From positions 32,001-96,000 of the forward strand of contig CAVPBK010000012.1 of NCBI GenBank assembly GCA_963701855.1: DNA of 64,000 nucleotides. Reading direction: 5' to 3'. The translations under genes and the position numbers were made by a program. Of this stretch, positions 20,791 through 31,465 are shown piece after piece. Every line of letters begins with the position of its first letter. Position 1 is the stretch's first letter. This DNA comes from Nitrospirota bacterium (lineage in GTDB: Bacteria > Nitrospirota > Nitrospiria > Nitrospirales > Nitrospiraceae). Below the pieces are notes generated by a model. It was not told the DNA's origin and ran no database searches. It saw nothing but the letters and a program-made list of their open reading frames with translations.

Positions 20791-20826
20791 AGGCTCGGTT
20801 CCTTTCGGAGCCGAGCCTTTTATTTC
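20789..20826 (+). terminator. Rho-independent terminator-like hairpin
   Basis: aaggctcgg..ccgagcctt followed by ttattt; related copy near 29200. Confidence 0.65.
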
Positions 20827-20965
20827 AGATTCCGGCATGGTCGCACTGCATGCACACGAGGAGGCGAGTGTCCCTGCACAGGGCTTCCATAGCGGTTTCT
20901 GACCTAACGCCACACTGACTACACCCCGGTGATCCGCTCGCTCCGCTCAGGACGCACAGTCTCAA

Positions 20966-21352
20966 TCACCGCAGTGCCACCGTCGCGGCGGTGGGAGTCT
21001 TGAGAAGACGCCTTAGGGTGTGTCCCAGGAGATCCAGCGAGGAGCCTTTTACAATGAACTCGCTCACCCCCAGCGCACGAACCTGCTGCTCCGTCTCGGG
21101 GGTACTGTCCCCCGTTAACATGATCACCGGCTGCTTGAGATCGACACTGCGTATCTGCTTCAAGACCGTGACCCCATCGAGGTCCGGCATGTTCAGATCA
21201 AGCACAATGACATCGGGGTGTGCTTGGCGATACAGCTGTAGGCCCTTGCAACCGTTGTCGGCGAGTATCACATCATATCCCTGCTGACGGAGTAGCAGGT
21301 CGAGCAGCGTTCGAACGTTCGGTGCATCATCAATGACGAGAACCTTCGCCAT
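20966..21352 (-). CDS. Stand-alone response regulator receiver
   Basis: VLVIDD, DLNMPDLDG, MLTG, FIVK. Confidence 0.9.
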   Translation of the reverse strand: MAKVLVIDDAPNVRTLLDLLLRQQGYDVILADNGCKGLQLYRQAHPDVIVLDLNMPDLDGVTVLKQIRSVDLKQPVIMLTGDSTPETEQQVRALGVSEFIVKGSSLDLLGHTLRRLLKTPTAATVALR

Positions 21353-21382
21353 GGTTACCCTTTCCACAATTTAATACCGGCC

Positions 21383-21646
21383 TCAGCATTCGAGGCTTTG
21401 ACTCGCGCTTTCCCCATCGGCGACTCGACGTTGGACCGGAGTTACAACCCCTGGACGGAGTGCAATCTGATAGGTCGGGCAACCAAGTTGTCGCATCAAT
21501 ACCCCTCCATGCCTCGACATCCGATCCACGGCGGTAAATACCTGACTCCAACTGTAGCTTCGGGATAGGTGCACGACGACATCATCTAGGCAACAGGGGC
21601 CACCGCTCCGCAACTTTTCAATGATCGACTCTTCTAGGTGCGTCAT
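21383..21646 (-). CDS. Small hypothetical protein (paralog of 29338..29589)
   Basis: GGAGG RBS; SW..VF.AVD.MSR.G.V..RQ.G..TYQI shared motif. Confidence 0.7.
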   Translation of the reverse strand: MTHLEESIIEKLRSGGPCCLDDVVVHLSRSYSWSQVFTAVDRMSRHGGVLMRQLGCPTYQIALRPGVVTPVQRRVADGESASQSLEC

Positions 21647-21962
21647 GGGTAGAACCTCCGGGTGAAGTGAGGGGCATGAGAAAGCATGCGTGCAGACAGA
21701 AATGCGGCGCGTCGGAACTAGAATATGGCCTCACCCGCCGCCCTTTAGCGCGGATGATGAACCTGCCCACCTCCTCCATGCTGTCTTCTTTTATACACTT
21801 CTGCGAAAAATCTGAGTGGGTTTCCCACCCCTGCGTTGCTTAGATGAAGATCGGGTTGAATCTGCTGACTGAACAATTTTGACCAGATTGCCTTCCTCCT
21901 AGCCTGATGCAGTTTCTGCCCCTAGTACCAACTTGGCCTAGCGTTCTCAAGGGGAGCTGGCC

Positions 21963-23270
21963 ATGGGAGTCACACCGATGGCGACATTTAATCCCCAGAC
22001 GTTCCTCAAAGAGATCGGCAGCGAACGCCATGCTCAAAAAGGCCAGCCTAGGGCATGTGTGCGGCGCCGGTGCTATGGCTACGTCGAGATCGTCTCGTCC
22101 GTGCTCGATGCCTACGGGCGGCCCAAGCGCGATCACGTAGAACGGAAAATCAACGAGCAACAAGCGGACGTGGTCCGGCAGATCTTCCGCCTCTGCGCTG
22201 CCGGCAAAGGGATGGTGTCGATCGCCAAGCAACTGAACGATGAGGGTAAGCCGGCCCCACGAAATAGCCAGGGCCGTCAGATCTCCTGGAGCCCGTCGTC
22301 CGTGCGCAGCGTGCTCTTCCGGCCACTGTACCGCGGCATCGTGACATGGAACCGGACCAAGAAGCGCAATACCTGGGGCATTCAACAGCAGCGCAAACGC
22401 CCGGAGAAGGACTGGCTCAAGATCAGCATGCCGGAGCTTCAAATTGCCTCCGAAGCGGAATGGAGGGCTGCCCATGATCGGCTGACCGCAACGCGTGCCG
22501 TGTACTTACGCGGGACGAAAGGCGAGTTGTGGGGAAGGCCGGCCAGCACGCTCGATTCCAAGTACTTGCTCACAGGGCTGGTGAAGTGCGGCGCATGCGG
22601 AGGAAGTATCTATGTAAAGAGCAGCTCCCGGAAGGGAGAACGTGCGCTTTTCTATGGCTGTATGACCTTTCATCTTCGCGGACGGACCGCATGTGCCAAT
22701 AGTCTTCTGACGCCCATGGATCGGGCTAACGAGGAAGTGCTCCGCGTGCTCGAGCACGATGTGTTGCATCCGAACGTCATTGCGACGGTGGTGCGGAAGG
22801 CCGTGGATAAGTTTCGGACGTCGGAACGGGAATGGAAGGAACGCCGGGAGGCGCTACACAAGCAAATCTCCTCGATCGACATTGAGCTCGGGCGGCTCGT
22901 GGCAGCCATCTCATCCGGAGGAGACATCCCGGCACTGGTCGCGGCGGTCAAAATAGCGAATGACCGAAGAACAGTGCTGTCGCAGGATCTGGCGGAGGTC
23001 GATAGCCAACAACATTCGGACGCCGATTATGATCAGCTAGAAAAAGAACCGCGGGCACACTTCGAAGCGTCCTGGCAGACGATATTAACCAGGTTGTTCA
23101 GACTCGCCAGATCCTCCGAAAACTTCTCGGCCCGGACCGCCTCCCCTTCATCCCCATGACGAATGAGCGTGGCTCTCAGTATGAATTTAAAGGGACCGCT
23201 TCGATTGGGCGGTTAGTGGCTGGCCGTGCAAAGGCCCTGGTGTCCCCAACGGGACCCGTCAAACCAGGGA
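21963..23270 (+). pseudogene. Large serine recombinase lacking the catalytic N-terminal domain; frameshifted tail
   Basis: YGY, IAKQLN, Y.G...WN and LLTGLVKCGACG zinc ribbon; tail reads LVSPTG over the tRNA-like repeat. Confidence 0.85.
23237..23254. repeat. att-like 18-bp copy of the tRNA-Glu 3' end
   Basis: ctggtgtccccaacggga is identical to 39532-39549. Confidence 0.85.
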
Positions 23271-23323
23271 GCAACTATAGAGCACGCGCTTAGCTTCAAG
23301 CTCGAGCTGTTGGTGGTGGCCAC

Positions 23324-23731
23324 ATGAGCACCCGTCTAGCCCTCCCCGCCCGCCGCCACCACATCACACAGAAAGTGAAAATCGCCGGACAACGGACGCT
23401 CTACCTCAGCGTCCATGACGATGAACGGCCGGCAGAAATCTTTCTCAGAGTAAAGGGGTCCGACTGTTCCTCCGAATTGATCGGTCTCTACGACGTCATC
23501 GCCCGCCTAATGAGTTTGGCCCTGCAGTACGGTGCTCCACTTGAGAAGGTCGGGGATCTCCTCGCAGGGGCTAAATTTGCTCCATGCGGCCCGGTCTCTG
23601 GGCACGCTTACCTCAAACAATGTTCGAGTCTCCCGGATCTGATCGGTCGGCATCTCTTGGTGGCGTACTGCGATCGAGAGGAGTTGGCCCCTGCGCCTCT
23701 GTCTCCGGTCGAGAAAGAGTGTCCGAGATGA
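23324..23731 (+). CDS. Stand-alone TSCPD-like domain (class II ribonucleotide reductase C-terminal-like)
   Basis: P.EIFL...IARLMSLALQYG.P...F.P.G.V....SS..D pattern. Confidence 0.7.
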   Translation: MSTRLALPARRHHITQKVKIAGQRTLYLSVHDDERPAEIFLRVKGSDCSSELIGLYDVIARLMSLALQYGAPLEKVGDLLAGAKFAPCGPVSGHAYLKQCSSLPDLIGRHLLVAYCDREELAPAPLSPVEKECPR

Positions 23732-23773
23732 TTGGCGCCGACACACATTCTTTGTGAGGGAGAAAGGAGCATC

Positions 23774-24037
23774 ATGACCACCGTCAGACAACACAAGCGC
23801 TCTCGAGATTCTCGATCGACGGTCAACGCCATGCTGGACCAACCACGGCGGAGCCCCGCCTGGAAGCGGCGACGACAAGCCGCTCGGACGGTCTTCCGTC
23901 GATTTCTGAAAGAGGTGGATAGCTGGGAGAAGAATCCCCGCTATTTAGGCATGACGTTCCACGGAATCAAAGACGGCGATCGCTTGGGAGAGAAGCTGGT
24001 CCAGTTCGCTCGAGACGTGGTCGCGGGGCGCCGATGA
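23774..24037 (+). CDS. Basic hypothetical protein
   Basis: AAGGAG RBS; co-oriented in the phage-like cluster. Confidence 0.5.
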   Translation: MTTVRQHKRSRDSRSTVNAMLDQPRRSPAWKRRRQAARTVFRRFLKEVDSWEKNPRYLGMTFHGIKDGDRLGEKLVQFARDVVAGRR

Positions 24038-24156
24038 GTAGAGAGAAAAGCAAATCGCGGATGGGTTCAAGGACGCCGGGGCTCAAACGAAAACATGATG
24101 AAGCTGATCCCCCCATCGTATACAGAAATTCGGGTGGCTCCCGCGGTGAGATTCGC

Positions 24157-24585
24157 TTATTTGGGCGAAATGCCTGGTGGGAATGGTCCGGTGGCAGCCG
24201 GCAGTTGAAGCTGCTGGGCGCAGCGTCCAATGAGGGGCCAGGCTTGCTGCGCGAGCGCCTGCCCATCACGATGGCCTTCTCGTAGTTCCACTTGGGTGAG
24301 CTGAGTCAGAGCGACAAAATGCAACTCAAACCCTACGATCCGTTGAGCCAGGAGCGATTGTCGTGTGACGGTCAGAAAAAACTCCTGCTGATCAGGCCCC
24401 CCACTGAGGTGCGCCTCATAAGGAGAGTCGATGGCTTCGATCCCACGAAGGACGCAGTAGGAAAGGGCAGGAGCCGGGGCCGAAAAATTCCCAACCTGAG
24501 TCGTGGGCAGCTGACGAACCTCGGCCAGGCTCGCGACGCAGCCTGAGATCAGCAGGGCTAGACACAAGAGTGAGAGACGACGCAT
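24157..24585 (-). CDS. Putative lipoprotein
   Basis: Lipobox LISGC. Confidence 0.6.
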   Translation of the reverse strand: MRRLSLLCLALLISGCVASLAEVRQLPTTQVGNFSAPAPALSYCVLRGIEAIDSPYEAHLSGGPDQQEFFLTVTRQSLLAQRIVGFELHFVALTQLTQVELREGHRDGQALAQQAWPLIGRCAQQLQLPAATGPFPPGISPK

Positions 24586-24800
24586 GCAGGAAATCCTCGC
24601 ACAGCCCGCGGCCGGGCCCAAGCGTCATTACCGAAACATGACCCCAAGCACGGTGCCGGTCGCGACGATGACACCCCGGGCCAGCAATGCCTCGAAGAGC
24701 GAGCGCATTTCAGCCATGGTCTTTACCCCTTCATGTTGAAGATAGCGCCGATTGGGCATTTCGCAAACCTCGGAGTCACCCTAGAAGTGAAAGGAACATC

Positions 24801-25322
24801 ATGGGCGGTCTGACTCCGAAACAAGCGCGGTTTGTTCAAGAGTATCTCGTCGATGTGAACTCGACGCAGGCAGCAATTCGAGCTGGGTACAGCAAAAAGA
24901 CCGCGCAGGAGCAGTCGTCCAGGTTGTTATCAAATGTTATGGTTTCGGCGGCGGTTGCCAAAGAGCAGCACGCACTGGGGAGAAGAGGGGAGGCGGAGAA
25001 GGTGATCGCGGAGTTGGCGCTAATTGGTTTTGCCAACATGGGGGACTACGTGAATCTCTCTGATCCAGACAAACCAATGGTTGACCTTTCGAACCTCACC
25101 CCAAAGCAAGCATCAGCGATTGCAGCGGTCACGTACGAGAAGCGAGGGATAGAGCGACGTGTGAAGATCAAGCTACACGATAAGCTCAATGCCTTGGTGA
25201 CTCTCGGAAAGCATCTTGGGCTATTCAGTGAACGTCACTTACTCGGTGGTCTCGATGGCGGCGAGGTCAAGCAAGTCCATTCGATGGAAGTGGCGTTCGT
25301 CAAACCCCCGAGGTCACTATGA
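24801..25322 (+). CDS. Phage terminase small subunit
   Basis: LTPKQARFVQEYLVD.N.TQAAIRAGYS and KLHDK..AL..LGKHLGLF. Confidence 0.88.
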   Translation: MGGLTPKQARFVQEYLVDVNSTQAAIRAGYSKKTAQEQSSRLLSNVMVSAAVAKEQHALGRRGEAEKVIAELALIGFANMGDYVNLSDPDKPMVDLSNLTPKQASAIAAVTYEKRGIERRVKIKLHDKLNALVTLGKHLGLFSERHLLGGLDGGEVKQVHSMEVAFVKPPRSL

Positions 25323-25371
25323 AGGTCAGCTTCCCGACACGTTGGGGGAGGATGCGTAGAGTAGTCGGGAC

Positions 25372-26238
25372 TCACTGAGCCGGTGAAGAGGCCGGCCATC
25401 CCATGGCAAGGTCCGCCACGATCGTCCCAATGACGACTTTGGCCTTCATGCGAAGCGGAATCCGCCTCGCGTCATTGGTGAACCATACCCGAATGTTCCC
25501 CTGGTTGAGGAAGATACCTTGGAACGGCATCACGACCAACACCCGAATAGTTTCGATCGTACCCCATGCACCCCTGATGGTCTCAATCTTTTCCACGAGT
25601 ACGTCTAGCTGATAATTCTTTTTATCATGGTGCACATTCATCGTCAGAGACGACCCTGGGTAGGGCCGTAACTCACTGCGGGCATAGTAGAGACAGGAAA
25701 TGGCATCTTGAGTGTGTGGCAGGATCGGTAATGTTTCCGTCGACCCTCCTTTGACCTCTGTGACTGTGCCCTCTTTTTGATGAAAGCTGTACTCGATGTC
25801 TTCTTTCTTTTTTCCTTCTCGTCGCCGAAAGCTCAAGTGTTCTGGGAGCAAGGTCTCGGGATCCACCAGCGACTCCACCCGGTTATCCACGGGGAAAAAT
25901 TTCGTGATGGCAGGCCGCGACTGTGCGGTGGTCACCAATTTTAGAAGGGGAGGATTTCCGTCTGTCCCAGCAGTGACTCCCATGACTGCCGTCCCGGCCG
26001 TGATATTCAGCCAAGTGATCGTGTAGGTGAACTGTTCTCCGATGTGGAAGGGGCGCCCTGAAGGGAGCGGGCTGCTGTCCCCAGCCCACGAAACCGTCAG
26101 ATTCATGGAGCTCAGGATCAGGGCTACCAGTACGCGAACCACTCCGATGGGCACACAATAACCGCCACCCATTCGCGCTATTATCCTCGCCAGGGGTTCA
26201 CTTGAGACCGAAGATGGCGCAGATGAACCATGCCACAC
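25372..26238 (-). CDS. DUF3108-like protein (start uncertain)
   Basis: GE.FTY.I.W..ITAG..., VWFTND.RRIPLRM. Confidence 0.7.
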   Translation of the reverse strand: MWHGSSAPSSVSSEPLARIIARMGGGYCVPIGVVRVLVALILSSMNLTVSWAGDSSPLPSGRPFHIGEQFTYTITWLNITAGTAVMGVTAGTDGNPPLLKLVTTAQSRPAITKFFPVDNRVESLVDPETLLPEHLSFRRREGKKKEDIEYSFHQKEGTVTEVKGGSTETLPILPHTQDAISCLYYARSELRPYPGSSLTMNVHHDKKNYQLDVLVEKIETIRGAWGTIETIRVLVVMPFQGIFLNQGNIRVWFTNDARRIPLRMKAKVVIGTIVADLAMGWPASSPAQ

Positions 26239-26343
26239 ATCACTGAATCAATCCGTGCGATGAGCCCAATGCGGTTGGAGGAGCTGGGAAATCCAAGTCA
26301 GTAGAGGGATCCGAACTGCTGTGGCCCTTGATGCGCGGTGTAT

Positions 26344-26560
26344 CTACCTTGGTTCCTGGGCAACTTGATGCACCAGTTGCCAATCGCCTTTGAGTTGGGT
26401 GACCGCTTTATCACACTGGGGCCACCAGACGGTCAACTCGCCATTTTTCTCGCGGACTTCCACTTTGATCGCCTTGGCCATGGTCTTCGACTGAAACCAA
26501 TAGACTCCTGGTCTCGTCGGAAACTCGGTCCCCCGCCAGAAGGAGGCTGTCAAGAAAAGT
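26344..26560 (-). pseudogene. Partial paralog of 19044..19292
   Basis: PTRPGVYWFQ...VREKNGELTVWWP. Confidence 0.6.
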
Positions 26561-26997
26561 CTTATGGCCCTCACGAGGCGAGATACGACAGCTCCTTCAC
26601 GATCTTTCAATACCAGCAGTTCCATCATGCCATCTCGATACGAAGGCCCGGTCCTTCTCGGAGCCGGGCCTTCACCGATCAAAACTCCATCAGAATTCCG
26701 ATGGCGTTCACGGCTCGTTCACAACGCGTCCGCTGTGGCCGTGTTCCCATCGCGTTTTCTGACATACCACATCGTCCTGGATCCGCGAGAAAAGGGCCAC
26801 TAGGGAACACCCTAGTGATGGGCCGTTTCCAGCCTTATGAGCCATCCGCCCTCCTATATTTTATTTATCTGGTCACCTGGGCTGCCTGTGCAAGTCCAGG
26901 TCTTTGGTGAACCGAGCTGGACTCAAACCAGATACAAGATTCGGTCGTAACAAATGCTCGTATAGCAGAGCGATTGTTCCGCTCATTCTAACGGCTC

Positions 26998-27040
26998 CTC
27001 TTCCGCCACTCCCACGGCGCTCCTTCAGGTTCATCCACGG
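26998..27040 (-). pseudogene. Very short thermonuclease 3' remnant
   Basis: ttccgccactcccacggcg (PWEWRK), as in the other copies. Confidence 0.5.
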
Positions 27041-27135
27041 GCTGGCTGGTATGAGCTGGTCGCAGGTTCGGAATTTTCAACCTTCAACAACACCGTAACC
27101 CCCCTCGATTGACTCCTACGTGCAAGCCGCCCTCC

Positions 27136-28895
27136 TCATCCAAAGGCCGTGAGATTCCCAGGGGTTTGCCTTATGCGATAGGCCATCGCATGGTCCGACA
27201 TCCCACGGAAGTGTTCCATTCCGACGAGAACACAGGTGTGCCCATCTCTGATGGCTGTATCTTGGAAATGGTGCAAATATTCCATGGTCGTGTGGTCAAC
27301 GATCTTGCCGGCCAAAATAAGCATATAGTCGGCTTTGGTGCCTTCCGGGACCACGATCTTCTTGAGTTCCGCGTCGAGTTTCACCAGATTCATGCAGGTG
27401 ACTGACGAGAGGTAAATCTTGTAGGGATTCTTCATCTCACCGATAGTGCCCCGTAGTACTGCATTGGCCGCGACGGTCATCACCTCACGCGCACCACGGC
27501 CGTCCCCGATGCGGATGACCGGATTGCGGAACAATTCCTTGAGTGCGGCCCCCACCCCCTCAACTGGAGAGGCCTTTATGATATCTTTCGCGAGGATGAC
27601 CATTTTCGTCAGCGTACCGACAATCATCCCCTCCAGCAGGTCTGAGGTCGCTAACGTCACCACCAGATTGACCACGGCAATACAAATCTGTTCCTTACCC
27701 ACCGAGAAGATCCGGATGAAAACTTTGTGCGAGACCAGTTTCCATCCAACCCACATGAGCAGCGCCGCCAAGGCCGTTTTCGGGATTTGATTGATCAGGG
27801 TTGTGGCGTACAACAGGAAGAACAACTGAAAGATCGCATAATAGAAGTTGGCCCAGAGGGTGCGGCCCCCGACGAGCATGTTGGTCGTACTCTTCATTCC
27901 ACCGGGAATGATGGTCAACCCCCCCAACATACTGGAGCAGGTGTTGGAGACCCCCATGGCCCGCAAGGTGACATTGGGGTTCGACTTGCGTTTAAACGGA
28001 TCGATTTTATCGATAGCTTGGATCGTGGCAAGCGACTCGACCCCGTCGATCAGGGTCAGCGTAACAATGGTGACTAGGTAGCTCCACCATAATTCTGTTC
28101 GTTCCCAGGCCTCCGTCCAATGGGGAAAGACGATCCCATGTTCAAAGACATCGCTGGGGACCTTGATGAGATACTTCTCCTCGAGTCCGATGAGCCACGC
28201 CACCAAGCCGGACAGGCTGATCACGATCAGGGGCACCGGAATGAATTTCGTCCAGGGCTTCTGTATACGGGCGAGCATACTGGTAATAAAAAAAGGAGGA
28301 AGAGGCTCACGGCTCCGATGGCGAAGATCAGCGGTGTCATGTCCATGACCTGTTCGGGAATCAGCGAGATGGCTTTGGGAATGGATTTGATGGGTGGCGT
28401 GATGTACCCAACAAATGCCGGGACCTGTTTGATGATGATCAGGCTGCCGATCGCCATCAACATGCCTTCGACCACCGAGATGGGAAAAAACAGCGCGAAT
28501 CGCCCCGCATGGAAGATGCTTAAGATCACCTGCACGACGCCGACAATGCTGATGGCCACTAGCAAAAGTGGATAGCCCACCTCCAAATTTCCATTCCCCA
28601 ACAAGATCATGCCGGCCAAGATCGCCGGCGCCAGGCCGGCGGCCGGCCCGCTGATCGTGAGATAGGCCCCCCCGAGGAAGGGAAAGATAAAGCCGGCAAT
28701 GATCGCCGAAATCAGCCCGCAGACAGGAGGCGCACCGGAGGCAATCGCAATACCAAGCGAGAGCGGGATGCCCATCATGGCGATTTGCAGACCCGCCATG
28801 AGGTCGTACCGCCAATGCTTCAACCCCGCCACCCCGTTTTGGGGTTTCTCCTTTTCTGGAACATCGTGCTGCTCCGGGGTAATGTCTTCTGGCAT
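27136..28895 (-). pseudogene. SulP-family anion transporter, frameshifted at the poly-A run near 28290
   Basis: DLMAGL..PLSLGIAIASGAPP, ISGPAAG; the C-terminal half is in another frame. Confidence 0.88.
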
Positions 28896-29000
28896 ATATG
28901 ACCCTAGAATTTCGGCCCTAGGTCCGTGTTCTTTTCACATTCACCGCAGATTCTGGTCACCAGCAAGTCCTTCCTTTTCCTCTTCGAAGATCATGGCCGG

Positions 29001-29030
29001 ATTGTAGGAGGGAACCGAACGAAGGCGCAA
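29001..29030 (-). promoter_or_regulatory. Promoter module A, copy 6 (TTGCGC-18-TACAAT)
   Basis: Upstream of SulP; nearly identical to 36757-36786. Confidence 0.65.
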
Positions 29031-29067
29031 GGGCTACCGGCGCTACGTGGGGCACTAGCCATAGCGA

Positions 29068-29190
29068 GAGACGGTGGAGCTCGTTAGGAAGGGCCATCGC
29101 AGAGAATCGGCGAGCCTATGTGTTGGTCAATAATCGTGCGGAAGGTAATGCGCTGTTGACGGTGGAAGGGCTTGTGGGAATGCTACGCGA
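29068..29190 (+). pseudogene. DUF72-like 3' fragment
   Basis: RAYVLVNNRAEGNALLTVEGLVGML. Confidence 0.65.
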
Positions 29191-29199
29191 GGATACCCA

Positions 29200-29312
29200 A
29201 AGGCCCGACCCCCTTTCGGAGCCGAGCCATTTATTTCAGATTCCGCCATGGTCGCACTGCATGCCCATGGAGGCGAGTATGCCTGCAGAGGGCTTCCATA
29301 GCGGTTTCTGAT
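29200..29312. repeat. About 110-bp duplicate of 20790-20903
   Basis: cctttcggagccgagcc...agggcttccatagcggtttctga is shared. Confidence 0.8.
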
Positions 29313-29337
29313 CCAACGGGCGTTCGCTTCTCGCAGA

Positions 29338-29589
29338 CTACCTGCTCAGACTTGATTGCATCTCCTTCGCACTCGGTGCTGACATGAATTCTGTTAGCCG
29401 CGAGCCGAGTGAGATCTGATAGGTCGAGAAACCGACTTGACGAAGGAACACCCGCCCGTCCCTCGACATGCAATCTACAGCACCGAATACCTCTCCCCAA
29501 CTGAAATTAGGAAGGGCCGAGACGACCTCATCAAAACAGCGTGGATCACTCTGTAGCTTTTCAAGAATCGCTTCTTCTATGGGTAGCAT
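29338..29589 (-). CDS. Small hypothetical protein (paralog of 21383..21646)
   Basis: Shared protein motif and shared upstream region. Confidence 0.7.
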   Translation of the reverse strand: MLPIEEAILEKLQSDPRCFDEVVSALPNFSWGEVFGAVDCMSRDGRVFLRQVGFSTYQISLGSRLTEFMSAPSAKEMQSSLSR

Positions 29590-29699
29590 GGCGTGAGACC
29601 TCCGATTGAAGTGAGGTGCGCAGGTTACCGGGCATGCTAACAGGAGAGGGCGATGTGCGGAACTAGGAAATGGCCTACGAAACCTGCCAGGAGCCAGAA

Positions 29700-29810
29700 T
29701 GTTTCAGTACAGCTGGTGCGCCAGGCTGTCGGAGCGCGTATGTCCTGGTCAACAATCGGGCGGATGGCAACGCCGTTGACGGTGCAAGGCCTTGTGGGGA
29801 TGTTGCGGGG
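29700..29810 (+). pseudogene. DUF72-like 3' fragment
   Basis: VQLVRQAVG..AYVLVNNRADG..PLTVQGLVGML. Confidence 0.65.
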
Positions 29811-29831
29811 CGGGGATTGTGGAGGGATTGT

Positions 29832-30074
29832 TCATTCACCGCCCATCCCTGGAAACTTGCCTTGAGCCAATTTCTGCATCATCTCCATGAGTTGCTGCGT
29901 TGCTTCATTGCCTTGGATATTGCGCATCTGTGCTGTGCGCGCCGTCTCTTGATCACAGGCGCTGATATGCACAGCGCGCCCACCAATTTTCTCCTCTGTG
30001 CGAATGTCTGTCACCACTAATGTCTTCCCATCCACAACGATGAGACTCCCTGTCTTTATTTCCACGTTCTCCAT
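29832..30074 (-). CDS. Small hypothetical protein
   Basis: GGGAG RBS; 80-aa ORF. Confidence 0.55.
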   Translation of the reverse strand: MENVEIKTGSLIVVDGKTLVVTDIRTEEKIGGRAVHISACDQETARTAQMRNIQGNEATQQLMEMMQKLAQGKFPGMGGE

Positions 30075-30839
30075 GTCTGTACTCCCTTTCTGTGATATTG
30101 GACATGACGGATAATAAGCAAGACGGGGAATGTGGTTCAAGCGAAGAACGGAAGTTTGGTACCTTTCCCCTCCGTTATCGTTTCACCTTTCCTCTCAAGG
30201 TACTCGTCCTTCCCTCATCTTTTACCATGAGCCGAACGGTAGTGCGCGTGGGGCGCAGAAGCAAATAAAGAAAGGTGGCACATGCCATAAGGTAAACACC
30301 CAAGCCAAGATGTTCCATAATTCACCCTCCCTTTCGCTAAACAAGCTAACCAACCAACATTAGTCACGCATTAGTAGAAGATTAAATGGAACTTATGCAT
30401 CGGTAGAAGGACGAAGGGACCGCGCCGTTGACGGTGCAGGCGCTCTCTGAAATGCTGCGACGTTAAGTGAAGTTTGCGATTGCTCAGTGAAGCCTATGGC
30501 GCAGATCCTGAAGACGTGGGAGGCGTAAGGCGAAAACGCGAAACGTCGATGAAGGCAGAGGGGGGTTAGGCGGGCGCCAATATTTTGTAGTACACAACCC
30601 GGCCCTGCTTTCTGCAAGTGAAGCAGATTCCTTCTTCTCCTAAGACCAGTTCATTATTTTGTGAGGGACGGCTGGCATCAATAAATGTCAAGTGGGAGCA
30701 TCTCACAAGTGGAAGCCTTCCACTACCGTAAGTGTTTCACCCTATACCACGCTTCTGGGGAATATCCCACGATCATCGAGACCGAGTACATTCCACCTAC
30801 ACAACGCATTCTTCACCACTAACTAACCGGAGGTTCATT

Positions 30840-31088
30840 ATGACCAAGATCGAGACCGACCACATCGATACCGCCATCTATTCCCTCGCGACAGTCACCG
30901 ATACGGCGAACGGTGCTGTACGGGAACAACTGATAGGGATTATCCAACAGCTCTCGGATCTCGCCGGAGCACGTACGAATGTTCGCGTCTGGCTCCACGA
31001 ATTCAATCCCTCTATCCCAGTCGAAGCACCTACGGCAGTAGCAGACGCCGCCGCACAGGAGTTCGACGAGACGATGGCCGGAAAGTAG
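30840..31088 (+). CDS. Small acidic hypothetical protein
   Basis: GGAGG RBS; upstream of the polymerase-like gene. Confidence 0.6.
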   Translation: MTKIETDHIDTAIYSLATVTDTANGAVREQLIGIIQQLSDLAGARTNVRVWLHEFNPSIPVEAPTAVADAAAQEFDETMAGK

Positions 31089-31465
31089 CGAACATGACAC
31101 GCGCCGGTTGCTCTGGCCAGGGCTTCCGGCGAAGTTCTTCCCATCACCGCATAGCGCACAACGCAGTTCTCGACAACAACAACTCGGTCGGAGAGACGCC
31201 CGCAAACCGCGAGGCCGGGGGACTAACTGGTCTTTTCACGTCTCTCCAACTACATCACCACTGAAAATGGGAGCATCTCGGAACATGAACGACAAGACAT
31301 TCGATCAGGTAGAAGCGGAAGAATCCCGCCGACACCATCGGGCTATGAACATCACGCCAAAGGAACACGCAATTCAACGGGCCATCGCCAAGCGTAACGC
31401 GAAGGAGAAACTCGCCGCACCAGTCACCACGGCACCGATCCTCCCGGCTCCTGCACCGACTGTCG

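Noticed and set aside
23324..25340. Intact prophage
   Set aside because: No capsid, portal, tail or complete terminase large subunit genes are present.
30693..31279. 12-bp repeat tgggagcatctc at 30693 and 31268
   Set aside because: Two short copies are too few to call a site.
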